64,000 nt of DNA from Candidatus Latescibacterota bacterium (GCA_965215195.1 CBDCDC010000002.1:992001-1056000); one strand, 5' to 3'; positions 37,100 to 47,250 are shown, numbered from the stretch's first letter. A program made the numbers and translations. Notes: generated from the sequence alone by a model not told the origin.

Positions 37100-38725
37100 T
37101 CACTCCTGCACCAAGCGCACGGTAAAAGTGACTGGCCCAATCTCAAGCCGATCATTGTTTTGCAACAGCACCTGTTCGCGGGGGTTGAGCAGGCGTCCGT
37201 TCACCTTGGTGCCATTCAGGGCGTTCAAATCCTCTGCGTAGAGTTGGCCGTCAACACACGCGAGCCGGACGTGTTCGCGGGAGACTTCTTGGTGGTCAAT
37301 GATAAATTCGGCGTTGGCCGGGCTTCTGCCGAGCGTCACCCCGGCGCGATCCCCCAAGGCCAAGGCCGATAGGGTCAAGGCGAAGGGTCGGCCGGTGGGG
37401 TCTTGGCCTTCCAATAGACATCTGAAAGGCGCGGGTTGCGGTGCGTTCGCCGCGGCTTGGTGCGCGGCTTGAGCCGTTTGCTCGGCTTCGCTCACTCGGG
37501 ACTCGGCACTCTGTAATTGCTCCTTTTTGCGCCGTGCGGAAAGCCACCAACCGAGGAGTGCGAGCATCACCAGTCCCGCCCCGGCCGCAAGGCCCCACTG
37601 CAATCGCTGCGCGGCCTTTTCTTGGGCCGCTTGGAGGCTATCGGCTTTGGCTTGGGCCTGCACTTCCGCTGCTTTGAGGCTGTCGGCTTTGGTTTTGGCG
37701 GTCTGGAGGCTGTCGGCCACGGCCTTACTCGCCGAATCAGCCCGCGCCTGCGCCATCTTCAGGCTGTCGGCTTGGGCCTTGGCCGCTTGGAGGCTGTCGG
37801 CCACCGCTTTCTTTGCGGAATCGGCTCGCGCTTTCGCCCGTTCTGCCGCCCGCCGAGCGGCCTTTTCTTTTGCCTCGGCCTTTTTTGCGGCTTCGCTCGC
37901 CGAGTCGGCCTGCGCCTTGGCCTTTTCTGCGGCTTTGCCTACCGAGTCGGCCTGCGCCTTGGCCACCTTGAGGCTGTCGGCGGCTGCTTTTCTAGCGCGT
38001 TCAGCGCGCTCAACCGCACTCAGGCATTTTGCTGCAACCACGGTATGGGCGATTTCTCGCTCTTCGAGCGCCGCTATTATGTCGCCGCTGCGCAAGGCAA
38101 AAATGGTCCCTCTCGGCTTCGCTTTCCGAAACGGCCACGAGCCGCTTTTCGGATCGGGCAGGTTGAGGGCGACGACGTCCCCGCATTCGTTGAACAAGGG
38201 CATGCCAAAGGATTGGGCCGTTATCAAGGCATTGTGTTGCAGCAGGTGCGCCACCGGACGGCCTGCTTTTTTGCCGCGGAGGTCTTGGTACGTGCCAATC
38301 GTCCCGTGAGAAAGCCGAACATCCCCCGCCGCGCCGAACCGCAGCGTCTGCACGGCCCGGCCGACAGCGGCTCCTTGCTCGGACAAGCTGAGGGGCGGCA
38401 AGTTCAAGCCCGGTACGTGCAACAGGGCCAAGTTCAGGGCGCGGCTGGCAAACACCCGCTGCGCCACGACCTCAGCCCCGGTCTTCAGGGACAATACAGT
38501 CAAGCCGTCTGCCTTAGCTGTGAGATGGGCATTCGTCAGCACGTAGCCCTTTTCGTTGACGACAAACCCGCTTCCTTCAACCGCGATTTTGTGATCGTCA
38601 TAAGCGCGCACCCGCACGATGCTTTCAGAAACAGCATCCACATCGATCTGCGCCGAGACCGGGCTTGGGCAAAGGAACCAAGCCACGGCGAAATGCGCGA
38701 TGAAAGGTAGGTATTGTTTGTTCAT
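37100..38725 (-). CDS. Trypsin-like (probably inactive) domain - coiled-coil repeats - TM - FHA
   Basis: GSGFVV...TNAHL but LNLALL and AQSFGMPL; repeated ADSL/AQADS; LGRSP...VSREH...LNGT. Confidence 0.85.
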   Translation of the reverse strand: MNKQYLPFIAHFAVAWFLCPSPVSAQIDVDAVSESIVRVRAYDDHKIAVEGSGFVVNEKGYVLTNAHLTAKADGLTVLSLKTGAEVVAQRVFASRALNLALLHVPGLNLPPLSLSEQGAAVGRAVQTLRFGAAGDVRLSHGTIGTYQDLRGKKAGRPVAHLLQHNALITAQSFGMPLFNECGDVVALNLPDPKSGSWPFRKAKPRGTIFALRSGDIIAALEEREIAHTVVAAKCLSAVERAERARKAAADSLKVAKAQADSVGKAAEKAKAQADSASEAAKKAEAKEKAARRAAERAKARADSAKKAVADSLQAAKAQADSLKMAQARADSASKAVADSLQTAKTKADSLKAAEVQAQAKADSLQAAQEKAAQRLQWGLAAGAGLVMLALLGWWLSARRKKEQLQSAESRVSEAEQTAQAAHQAAANAPQPAPFRCLLEGQDPTGRPFALTLSALALGDRAGVTLGRSPANAEFIIDHQEVSREHVRLACVDGQLYAEDLNALNGTKVNGRLLNPREQVLLQNNDRLEIGPVTFTVRLVQE

Positions 38726-38878
38726 AACCTGTCCGTGTACGTTCAAACTGGCCGTCAACAGCTAAGTTTCCAGCGCAGTTGCAGGGATTTCTCACTCCGC
38801 TCAGATTGCTATCTGACTATTTGAGACCCTACTCAAAGTGCCTTCTATTCAGATGGCGTTTGCGTAAGGTCCTCTTAT

Positions 38879-39718
38879 TTAAGGTGCCCGAAGCCTCTTT
38901 GTTTTTTTATTTAAGGCTTGGAACAACGGGCTACTGAATTGCTCATGCTCATATATAGCAAAAGACTCTTCTACTCTTTCTTTACCAAGTTTGGCGGATG
39001 CATCTATTTTAATTGACTTTGCCCTCAAGGCAGGAATTAAGTCGGAAATTTTCGAAACTTCGTTGATTCGATCGATTAGATCATTCGTCGGAATGGTAAC
39101 ACTTCCGTTGTCGTCCGTGCGGTAAGTATCTTTGTATCCGAATTGTGGAAAGGAGATAGAGAGGGGATGATTGAGAATCTTTATAGGAGGATCCTGTTTT
39201 ACCGGTGAGGTCTTCCAATCCGTACTTTCTGTCTTTGTACCGCTGTAATACAATAGCAATAAACTCGATACTAAGAAATCTGATCCAACACCAATGAGAA
39301 TCGGCTGTTGATATTTTTCTAAAAACTCTCTGAACTCTGGATCATCTTGTGATACTTCATCCGGATAGAGTGCCATAGACGCAAATACAAGCTCCACCAA
39401 GCCTATTACAAAAATGTTATTGGCCATATTGTCGCCAAAAAGACCGTCGTCCCTCAGTTCCCATTTATATCTCTTAATTGATCGGCGTTTTTCTTGGTAA
39501 TAGGGCTGATATTGCAAACGGAAATTGAGCCCATCACCCTTTGGCGTTGGTGCGAAGGTTAGCTTGACCTCTCTTTTTAAGTCTGTTCGTCGTGTTTCTG
39601 GAGTTGTTCCAACCCAAGACTTTCTCATTGTAGAAGGTAGTAGTAACGAACAACCTGTCAAACTACATGCCATTATGACAATGAGAACCCGACAGTCAAA
39701 CCAATTCAGTTTCATCAT
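38879..39718 (-). CDS. Hypothetical lipoprotein B (paralogue of 50570-51460)
   Basis: Lipobox LTGC; shares YRTDDNGSxTIPTNDLIDRINEVSK with the paralogue. Confidence 0.75.
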   Translation of the reverse strand: MMKLNWFDCRVLIVIMACSLTGCSLLLPSTMRKSWVGTTPETRRTDLKREVKLTFAPTPKGDGLNFRLQYQPYYQEKRRSIKRYKWELRDDGLFGDNMANNIFVIGLVELVFASMALYPDEVSQDDPEFREFLEKYQQPILIGVGSDFLVSSLLLLYYSGTKTESTDWKTSPVKQDPPIKILNHPLSISFPQFGYKDTYRTDDNGSVTIPTNDLIDRINEVSKISDLIPALRAKSIKIDASAKLGKERVEESFAIYEHEQFSSPLFQALNKKTKRLRAP

Positions 39719-40784
39719 GATACTTCCTTTGCATTTTAATTGTGCAGCACAGGACATTGGTTCCTAGGCTACAGAGGCTTGGCCATCGGTTATTCCTCCT
39801 CCAGCTTCCATGCACAAGCTCTGCGCTTGGCTCCGCCCTTTTTATACATCTCGCCCAAGTTGGTCTGAGCGCTGGCATGTCCTTGTTCCGCCGCCTTGCG
39901 ATACCACTTCACAGCCGCCCCAGAGTCCCGCGCCACACCCCGGCCATAATAATACATCAAGCCCAAGTTGTACTGAGCGGTGTCATCTCCTTGTTCCGCC
40001 GCTTTGCGATACCACTTCACAGCCGCCCCATGGTCCCGCGCCACACCCCAGCCATTTGAATACATAAAGCCCAAGTTGTTCTGAGCGCTGGCATGTCCTT
40101 GTTCCGCCGCTTTGCGATACCACTTCACAGCCGCCCCAGAGTCCCACTCCACACCCCGGCCATTTTCATACATCAAGCCCAAGTTGTACTGAGCGGTGTC
40201 ATCTCCTTGTTCCGCCGCCTTGCGATACCACTTCACAGCCGCCCCAGAGTCCCGCGCCACACCCCAGCCATTTTCATACATAAAGCCCAAGTTGGTCTGA
40301 GCGCTGGCATGTCCTTGTTCCGCCGCTTTGCGATACCACTTCATAGCCGCCCCAGAGTCCCACGCCACACCCCAGCCATTTTCATACATCAAGCCCAAGT
40401 TGTACTGAGCGGTGTCATCTCCTTGTTCCGCCGCCTTGCGATACCACTTCACAGCCGCCCCATGGTCCCGCGCCACACCCCAGCCATTTTTATACATCAC
40501 GCCCAAGTTGTACTGACCCCAAGCATGTCCTTGTTCCGCCGCTTTGCGATACCACTTCACAGCCGCCCCATGGTCCCGCGCCACACCCCAGCCATTTTCA
40601 TACATCAAGCCCAAGTTGAACTGAGCGCTGGCATCTCGACAGTCAAACCAATTCAGTTTCATCATGATACTTCCTTTGCATTTTAATTGTGCAGCACAGG
40701 ACATTGGTTCCTAGGCTACAGAGGCTTGGCCATCGGTTATTCCTCCTCCAGCTTCCATGCACGAGCTCTGCGCTTGGCTTCGCC
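39690..40784. repeat. ~148-bp direct repeat (39690-39837 and 40637-40784)
   Basis: Near-identical segment covering an SLR-gene 3' end, the intergenic region and the MMKLNWFDCR start; offset 947 bp. Confidence 0.9.
39790..40665 (-). CDS. Sel1-like repeat protein (7 full SLRs)
   Basis: 36-aa repeats AQxNLGxMYENGWGVARDxGAAVKWYRKAAEQG. Confidence 0.9.
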   Translation of the reverse strand: MMKLNWFDCRDASAQFNLGLMYENGWGVARDHGAAVKWYRKAAEQGHAWGQYNLGVMYKNGWGVARDHGAAVKWYRKAAEQGDDTAQYNLGLMYENGWGVAWDSGAAMKWYRKAAEQGHASAQTNLGFMYENGWGVARDSGAAVKWYRKAAEQGDDTAQYNLGLMYENGRGVEWDSGAAVKWYRKAAEQGHASAQNNLGFMYSNGWGVARDHGAAVKWYRKAAEQGDDTAQYNLGLMYYYGRGVARDSGAAVKWYRKAAEQGHASAQTNLGEMYKKGGAKRRACAWKLEEE

Positions 40785-43130
40785 AATTTGAGCGCTCGTA
40801 ATCTTCCTTGAAACGTTCCTGCGGTATTTCTCCTTTTCACCTCCTGCTTCGGCGAGGATGTACCACATACACGCCGTCACATAGTCCCGCCTCACCCCCC
40901 GACCTTTCTCATACATCCAGCCCAGGTTGATCTGACCACTGGCATGTCCTTGTTCCGCCGCCTTGCGATACCACTTGACGGCTTCCCTATCGTCTTGCGC
41001 CACCCCCTGACCCCGCCTATACATCCAGCCCAGGTTGTTCTGACCCAAAGCATGTCCTTGTTCCGCCGCCTTGCGATACCACTTGACGGCTTCCCTATCG
41101 TCTTGCGCCACCCCCCGACCTTTCTCATACATCCAGCCCAGGTTGATCTGAGCACTGGCATCTCCTTGTTCCGCCGCCTTGCGATACCACTTGACGGCTT
41201 CCCTATCGTCTTGCGCCACCCCCTGACCCCGCCTATACATCACGCCCAAGTTTCTCTGACCCAAAGCATGTCCTTGTTCCGCCGCCTTGCGATACCACTT
41301 GACGGCTTCCCTATCGTCTTGCGCCACCCCCTGACCTTTCTCATACATCACGCCCAGGTTGTTCTGACCCAAAGCATGTCCTTGTTCCGCCGCCTTGCGA
41401 TACCACTTCACAGCCGTCACATAGTCCCGCGTCACACCCCGGCCCTTTGCATACATCTCGCCTAGGTTGAACTGACCCCAAGCATCTCCTTGTTCAGCTT
41501 TATCCCTTACGAACCCCGCCTGCAGCTCGGAGATGGTTGTACTCGGGGTTTCGTCGTCGGCGATCTTGATGTCCGTCTGCGCCGAACCCCCAGACGCCGC
41601 CGCCTGCACATCGTAATCGAAATCTCGAAAACTTGCGTGTATGGTATAGCTTCCGGTAGATGACTCATAGCTCTCTACTTTGATGTAATAAGTCCCCGGA
41701 TTAGGCGACTGTTCTATTTTGAAATTGTTGCCGCTCCCATCATCGGAATCGCGTACTAAGGTGGCACCAGAACTATTTTGTAGTATCCCCTCTGTATCGA
41801 GAATACCTGTCGTATAGACCGTCAACACACCCGACCTACGTACCTGTACCTTGAAATAATCTACATCACTACCGGGTTTTATCTGCCCCGAGAGTGAATC
41901 CCCCAACGCAAGACTCGTCGCACCAGACCTAGTACCGCTATGATTATCTTTCCGGGCCGGTGGTGGCGACGGACGCTGAACAACAACTCTTTGTTCTCGA
42001 AAACTTGCGTGAATGGTATAGCTTCCGGTATGTGAGCGATAGCTCTCTACTTTGACGTAATAGGTCCCCGAATTAAGCGACTGTTCTATTTTGAAATTTT
42101 TGCCCCTTCCACCATCGTCAGCGCGTGTCAAGGTGGCACCAGAACTATTTTGTAGTATCCCCTCTGTATCGAGACTACCTGTCGTATAGACCGTCAACAC
42201 ACCCGACTTGCGTACCTGCATCTTGAAATAATCTACATCACTACCGGGTTTTATCTGCCCCGAGCGTGAATCCCCCAACGCAAGACTCGTCGCACCAGAC
42301 CTAGTACCGCTATGATCATCGACAACTGACCGCTCTGGACTTTGTTCTCGAAAACTTGCGTAAATGGTATAGCTTCCAGTAGATGACTTATAGCTCTCTA
42401 CTTTGACGTAATAAGTACCCGCACTCACGGACCGGTCTATTTTGAAATTCTTGCCCCTTCCACCATCGTAATCGAGTACCAAGGTGGCACCAGAATTATC
42501 TTGTAGTGTCCCCCTTGTATCGAGATTGCCGGTCGTAGTCGTATAGACCGTCAGCACACCTGACTTGCGTATCTGCATCTTGAAATAATCTACATCACTA
42601 CCGGGTTTTATCTGCCCCGAGCGTGAATCCCCCAACGCAAGACTCGTCGCACCAGACCTAGTACCGCTATGATTATCTTTCCGGGCCGGTGGTGGCGACG
42701 GACGCTGAACAAAAACTGGTTTGTCTGGTTTGTCTTTTATCGAATATACCTCAACGGATCCAAGCCCCGGAGGACTGATTAGCTTCAAAATGGCTAATAA
42801 GAGCACAGGTGCAAGGGCAATCAACACCCCCTTCTCTTTTCGCCCGTAGATATTCATCTCTCGGTACCCTTGAATCGCTGCGCCAATTACAAGTCCCCAA
42901 AAAGCCCAAACCACAACGGGGGAAACGTCGAATCCGGGATAAAATATCTTATCGAGAGCGATAAGTATATTAGTGGAGATGAATTCTAATCCAGTATATA
43001 AACCGAATAAGACATAGGCAGGGATCGAAAAAATAACAAAACCAATAAAAGAAAGTATAAAAGCAGCGACTGCAATGATTATTAGAATCAAGACACAGCC
43101 AACACCAATACCAACAGCTTGGTCCGACAT
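40737..43130 (-). CDS. Membrane protein with 3 PPC (pre-peptidase C-terminal-like) domains and 6 Sel1-like repeats
   Basis: N-terminal TMs; three DxHSGTRSGAT...DVDYFK...GTYYxKVESY...TGSYTI units; C-terminal SLRs. Confidence 0.85.
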   Translation of the reverse strand: MSDQAVGIGVGCVLILIIIAVAAFILSFIGFVIFSIPAYVLFGLYTGLEFISTNILIALDKIFYPGFDVSPVVVWAFWGLVIGAAIQGYREMNIYGRKEKGVLIALAPVLLLAILKLISPPGLGSVEVYSIKDKPDKPVFVQRPSPPPARKDNHSGTRSGATSLALGDSRSGQIKPGSDVDYFKMQIRKSGVLTVYTTTTGNLDTRGTLQDNSGATLVLDYDGGRGKNFKIDRSVSAGTYYVKVESYKSSTGSYTIYASFREQSPERSVVDDHSGTRSGATSLALGDSRSGQIKPGSDVDYFKMQVRKSGVLTVYTTGSLDTEGILQNSSGATLTRADDGGRGKNFKIEQSLNSGTYYVKVESYRSHTGSYTIHASFREQRVVVQRPSPPPARKDNHSGTRSGATSLALGDSLSGQIKPGSDVDYFKVQVRRSGVLTVYTTGILDTEGILQNSSGATLVRDSDDGSGNNFKIEQSPNPGTYYIKVESYESSTGSYTIHASFRDFDYDVQAAASGGSAQTDIKIADDETPSTTISELQAGFVRDKAEQGDAWGQFNLGEMYAKGRGVTRDYVTAVKWYRKAAEQGHALGQNNLGVMYEKGQGVAQDDREAVKWYRKAAEQGHALGQRNLGVMYRRGQGVAQDDREAVKWYRKAAEQGDASAQINLGWMYEKGRGVAQDDREAVKWYRKAAEQGHALGQNNLGWMYRRGQGVAQDDREAVKWYRKAAEQGHASGQINLGWMYEKGRGVRRDYVTACMWYILAEAGGEKEKYRRNVSRKITSAQIGEAKRRARAWKLEEE

Positions 43131-43241
43131 AACCAACCTTCCTTCATCAATACAGTGAAAACGCTTTTAGAAATCGAAAAGAGCGTCAAAAAAATGCTGT
43201 TTGCACAACTTTCAGCACTCTAACACTGACTATTCTGACCG

Positions 43242-44131
43242 TCAATAGACGTGTGAATCTGCCAATGACCTATCTCGAATGAGAAAATAAAAAACAAAAC
43301 TGGCGATTTTTAAGAGTGCAGTGGTATAAGAAATCAAAAAAATACTTAGCGAATAACTGATGAGAAATTGGAATTGACTTCCCATTAAATAGTACGTGGC
43401 GATTGTTGAGCCGGCAGAGGTCGCGACAAAAAAGAAAAAACAAGCCCCAACTTCCCACTTGTTATCCAACATAAGGGCTCTGGTAAGCCGATAGATTGTG
43501 CCGACCTGATATTCTCTCTCAACTACGATAAACTTCATCCCAAGCGACAGAAAACCAGCGTACATGATAAGTAAAGGTAGAATGCACAGACTAATCACAG
43601 TCCATGCAAGTATGGGGGAACTCAGCGTACGAGAAAAAAAAACAAAAATGGCGAAATTATAGCGACTATAAGCCCGGAGAGGAGATAAAATGAGCCTTTG
43701 AAAATTAAAGCAGGCTTAAAATACATCCGACCATAAGAAATTACCTGTGTGGAACGATAGCTATTTTTTAGGAGTAAGTCGCGAATGATCGCAGCCAGTC
43801 CTGTATCGTTATAAAAGGCGATCAGAAACGAACCTATCAAGAGACTGGCTACAATAATTAGAGATTTCGGCTGTTCAAAATTGAGATATTCCATGCGATG
43901 AAGCACACGCAACAATTCTTCAAAATGCCCCACCTGAACATCTTCAAGTGCATGTCGAAAGGCATTGATATTCACACTGTCTGCAATCATTTCGTACAAT
44001 GTCTTATCTGTAAATTGTTCAATCAGGTCAATAATTTTGCCAAACACCACGGAAATTAGCGCAATGCCGATGAGTTTCCGATTGCGATTCATCACGATAA
44101 ACCCTCGTTTGAGGGAAACTGCCCAAATCAT
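43242..44131 (-). pseudogene. Membrane protein split by a frameshift in a T9 tract (ORFs 43622-44131 and 43242-43598)
   Basis: Downstream frame is open back to the A9 run at 43634-43642; one extra base fuses them into a ~296-aa hydrophobic protein. Confidence 0.6.
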
Positions 44132-45507
44132 CCAGATCTCCTTTTTCGAAAGAAGAAAAAGATACCTGTACCTAAAGCAGCTAAAGCAGCAAATACAACA
44201 ACAAAACTAAAGCCTGCAAAGCGAGGTACATAAACCTGCCACTCTAACATCGGCCATTCGAACCATCTGATCCACCTCAAATCGTTCAAATTCACAAACC
44301 TGGCACTCACTAACCAGCTAAACCCGGAAACTTCAATTAATATCAAGCGTGCAACAAGGGCAATCGCCCCTATTGAAACACCACTAATGGCAACCCGGCG
44401 GATAGATTTCTGAATGGGATAATCAACGTAGCAGGAAATCGGCACTTCCAAATTACCGCCATTCGTCTTGATAATGAGTTCGGTCTTATGAGTTTGTTTG
44501 GCCGTAAGGGAGCTTGCGTCAAGTTCGACAGTTACGGCAGCACTCCTTCTGATCCGGGTCGATGAAATCTGAAGCCCCGGCATTTTGCTTGCCAAGTTGA
44601 CATCGCCGTGGAGAAATCCACGTCCAGTATTCTTAATTTCCAAACGGATGGTTTTTTGGGTTTCGTTATCAATCTTGCCGAACTTGATGCTGGTATGACT
44701 CGTTTCTGGCTCAGGTGAACCAATACGCGGGTCAAGTTTTTGAACAAACATCTCCAAACCGATGTCCCGCTCATCCGCGTAGCCGCTGGTGACTTTCTCC
44801 GCGGTCTTCGCTAACTCCCCTTGATTGACGTACTCAAGCCAGAGCGCGATAAATCCATTGAATAGCAAGGTTTTTGCCTGTGGCCAATTCTGGTCAATCA
44901 ACTTCGCCAGTTGTTGAGGCGTTCCGGCTTCACTTCCATTAAGCTGTATCTTCTCTTTAAGAATTTGCACCATCCCCCTAAGCCCGAAATCCTGATCGTT
45001 GGGATATTTTTTGACAACAGCCCGAGCTGCTTTGGCAAAGAACAACTCGCCAGCTCCATCAAGAGCTGTCGCAAGGGAGCCGTCATAGAGGACATCTTTA
45101 GTACGGTCAGAATGCCTTATCATCAATGTTGCCAACTTTGAGATGCTGGTGGCTTTGTCGCCGTTAGGGAATGTGGCGATGAGACGTGGCTGTGGGGGAT
45201 CGGGCTGTGGGGGATCGGGCTGTGGGGGATCGGGCTGTGGGGGATCGGGATCGTCTATTTTTTTAATGTGTTCCTTTCGCTTTTCTTCGTCTACCAAGAT
45301 ATCCTTAGCGTCCAATAAGAGTTTCTGGCACTCCTTTTGATCTTTCCCTTTGAAACATTTTTTACTACTGAAATATGGGTTATTTATTCCAGCCGTCGTT
45401 AGATTATAGATCCTCCTAAAAGCATCATGAACGCTCTTTTTGAAAGCCTCCTCGTCTTTTTTTTCGGAATCTTCAATTGAAAGATCCAGTACCTCAAAAT
45501 AGTTCAC
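44128..45507 (-). CDS. Degenerate J-domain protein with Pro-rich linker, Ig/BACON-like domain and C-terminal TMs
   Basis: NYFEVLDL...AFRRIY...LLLDAKDILVDEEKRKEH (J-like, no HPD); IKFGKI...LEIKNTGRGFLHG...IKTNGGNLEVPI. Confidence 0.65.
   Translation of the reverse strand: MNYFEVLDLSIEDSEKKDEEAFKKSVHDAFRRIYNLTTAGINNPYFSSKKCFKGKDQKECQKLLLDAKDILVDEEKRKEHIKKIDDPDPPQPDPPQPDPPQPDPPQPRLIATFPNGDKATSISKLATLMIRHSDRTKDVLYDGSLATALDGAGELFFAKAARAVVKKYPNDQDFGLRGMVQILKEKIQLNGSEAGTPQQLAKLIDQNWPQAKTLLFNGFIALWLEYVNQGELAKTAEKVTSGYADERDIGLEMFVQKLDPRIGSPEPETSHTSIKFGKIDNETQKTIRLEIKNTGRGFLHGDVNLASKMPGLQISSTRIRRSAAVTVELDASSLTAKQTHKTELIIKTNGGNLEVPISCYVDYPIQKSIRRVAISGVSIGAIALVARLILIEVSGFSWLVSARFVNLNDLRWIRWFEWPMLEWQVYVPRFAGFSFVVVFAALAALGTGIFFFFRKRRSG
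45188..45247. repeat. 15-bp tandem repeat x4 encoding (DPPQP)n
   Basis: ggctgtgggggatcg repeated four times. Confidence 0.9.
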
Positions 45508-45654
45508 TTTTTCTCCTTTCTAATTCTCTGGTTTCAGCTATCAGGACCGATGCCTTCCATCAAAAGAAAGGGAAGCATTGCCTGACTCTGGTTTATCGTA
45601 TGTAGGTGATGAAGAATAGGGCTTGCTCCCCCGCCGTGCCTTTAGGGTAAGGTC

Positions 45655-47250
45655 CTATTCAACTTCAAGGCTTTGCAGGTGCTCGGTGGCTTCTGCGACC
45701 TCTGCCTCGTTAAGTGTTGGCCGTTCAATCGTTGCGTTTGCAGTGCGTCCATCAGGTCCCTCTACCGTTACCTCAAGCGTCTGATCTAGGTTATATTTGA
45801 AGGTAACATGAATTGGTGCTCCCTTAGATAGTCCAGAAGGCAGTTGAAGAGAGCATTCACCCAACTTGTAATCCTCAAACTTGACATACCCGTCCTCTTT
45901 TTGCTCTTGTTCAAGCCCCTGAATGACCGGTATCAGAGTTGAAGATTGGTTATCATGCCTTGTTACATAGTCTTTCCTTATCTCGCAAGGAACTGGAGTC
46001 ATCTTGGGAATTATCACATCGATGTGAGGCTCTTCTTCGTTCTCATAATAAACCGCGGTCCCGAGATTGTGAGTAGCACCATCAACCACCGTTACTTTGG
46101 GTGCCCCGGCAGGGCCGACGAATCGATCGATGACAGCGTCCGGAATGTCTTCTGTTGCGGCTGTGTCAGAAGTTCCGCTCGTCCCCTCCTCAATCTGGCG
46201 GAGGGTTCCCTGAATCGCTGCGCCGAGTGCTACCGCATCATCGGGATTGACCTCCTGTGGGTTAATCTCTTTGCCGCTGATTTCGGCAATCATCTTTTGC
46301 ACCATCGGCATCCGGGTTGACCCACCCACCAATAGCACTGTGTCAATATCGCTCCACGTCATGTTCCCTTCAGCGAGTACCACATCGCACAAGCCTCGGC
46401 ATCTTTCGACAAGATCGTGGGTCAGTTCCTCAAACTTTTCGCGCGTCAACTCAACGCGGCTACTCTTGCCGTTATAGTTGCATACAATTCGTGCCCTCTG
46501 CAGTCGGGATAAAGCTTCCTTTGCCGCAATTGCCCTCAGTTGGATATCTTGATACGTCTCAAGAGCCTGTAACGGATTTTCGCCGTGTTCACTCTCAAAC
46601 ATTTCGGCCACATGGACGATTATTGCATCGTCCCAATCCTTCCCCCCAAGTCTGTGGTCGCCATTTGTTGCTATCATCTCTATTCTAGAATCAGAAACCT
46701 TCGTGATGGTTACGTCAAACGTCCCACCCCCAAGGTCAAATACGAACACAGTCTGGTCGCTGCCCAACTGATCAAGCCCGTAGGCAAGTGCAGCCGCAGT
46801 CGGTTCATTAAGCACTTGCAAGACGTTCAATCCCGCAATTTTACCGGCGCTGCGCGTCGCCTCACGCTCTGCGTCACGAAAATAAGCGGGGACAGTGATG
46901 ACCGCATCGGTGATCTCCGTCTTAAGATACGCCTCGGCATCCTGTTTGAGTCTTTGCAAAATCAGCGCGGAGAGTTCTTCGGCTGAATACTTCTTACCAT
47001 TAAATTCTCGGGAAAACTCCTCTTTGGATTTGCCCATTTCGCGTTTGACGAACTCTACGATCTGCTCTGGCATCAATGCAGCGTTCTGCTTGGCGACTTT
47101 CCCAACGGTGATGACCTCCTCAAACAGAATCACTGAGGGCGTAAGTCGATCACTTTCCTCGTTTGGAATGATCTCCGGCTGGGCATGTTCGTTGACATGC
47201 GCTATCGCAGAAAATGTCGTTCCTAGATCAATTCCAACAACTTTAGCCAT
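45655..47250 (-). CDS. Hsp70 family protein (short, lid-less)
   Basis: GIDLGTT, TVPAYF, NEPTAAALAYG, DLGGGTFD, LLVGGSTRMP, NPDDAVALGAA; 531 aa. Confidence 0.93.
   Translation of the reverse strand: MAKVVGIDLGTTFSAIAHVNEHAQPEIIPNEESDRLTPSVILFEEVITVGKVAKQNAALMPEQIVEFVKREMGKSKEEFSREFNGKKYSAEELSALILQRLKQDAEAYLKTEITDAVITVPAYFRDAEREATRSAGKIAGLNVLQVLNEPTAAALAYGLDQLGSDQTVFVFDLGGGTFDVTITKVSDSRIEMIATNGDHRLGGKDWDDAIIVHVAEMFESEHGENPLQALETYQDIQLRAIAAKEALSRLQRARIVCNYNGKSSRVELTREKFEELTHDLVERCRGLCDVVLAEGNMTWSDIDTVLLVGGSTRMPMVQKMIAEISGKEINPQEVNPDDAVALGAAIQGTLRQIEEGTSGTSDTAATEDIPDAVIDRFVGPAGAPKVTVVDGATHNLGTAVYYENEEEPHIDVIIPKMTPVPCEIRKDYVTRHDNQSSTLIPVIQGLEQEQKEDGYVKFEDYKLGECSLQLPSGLSKGAPIHVTFKYNLDQTLEVTVEGPDGRTANATIERPTLNEAEVAEATEHLQSLEVE

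Noticed and set aside
28905-38725. Type VI secretion regulatory module (PpkA/PppA/Fha)
   Set aside because: No Hcp, VgrG, sheath, TssM or ClpV genes recognised in the window
39790-41500. Variable near-identical repeats suggesting a diversity-generating retroelement
   Set aside because: They are coding 108-bp Sel1 units; no reverse transcriptase and no evident adenine-specific TR/VR pair
45541-45585. Imperfect hairpin between the Hsp70 and J-like genes
   Set aside because: Several mismatches and no clear U-tract, so it cannot be called a terminator
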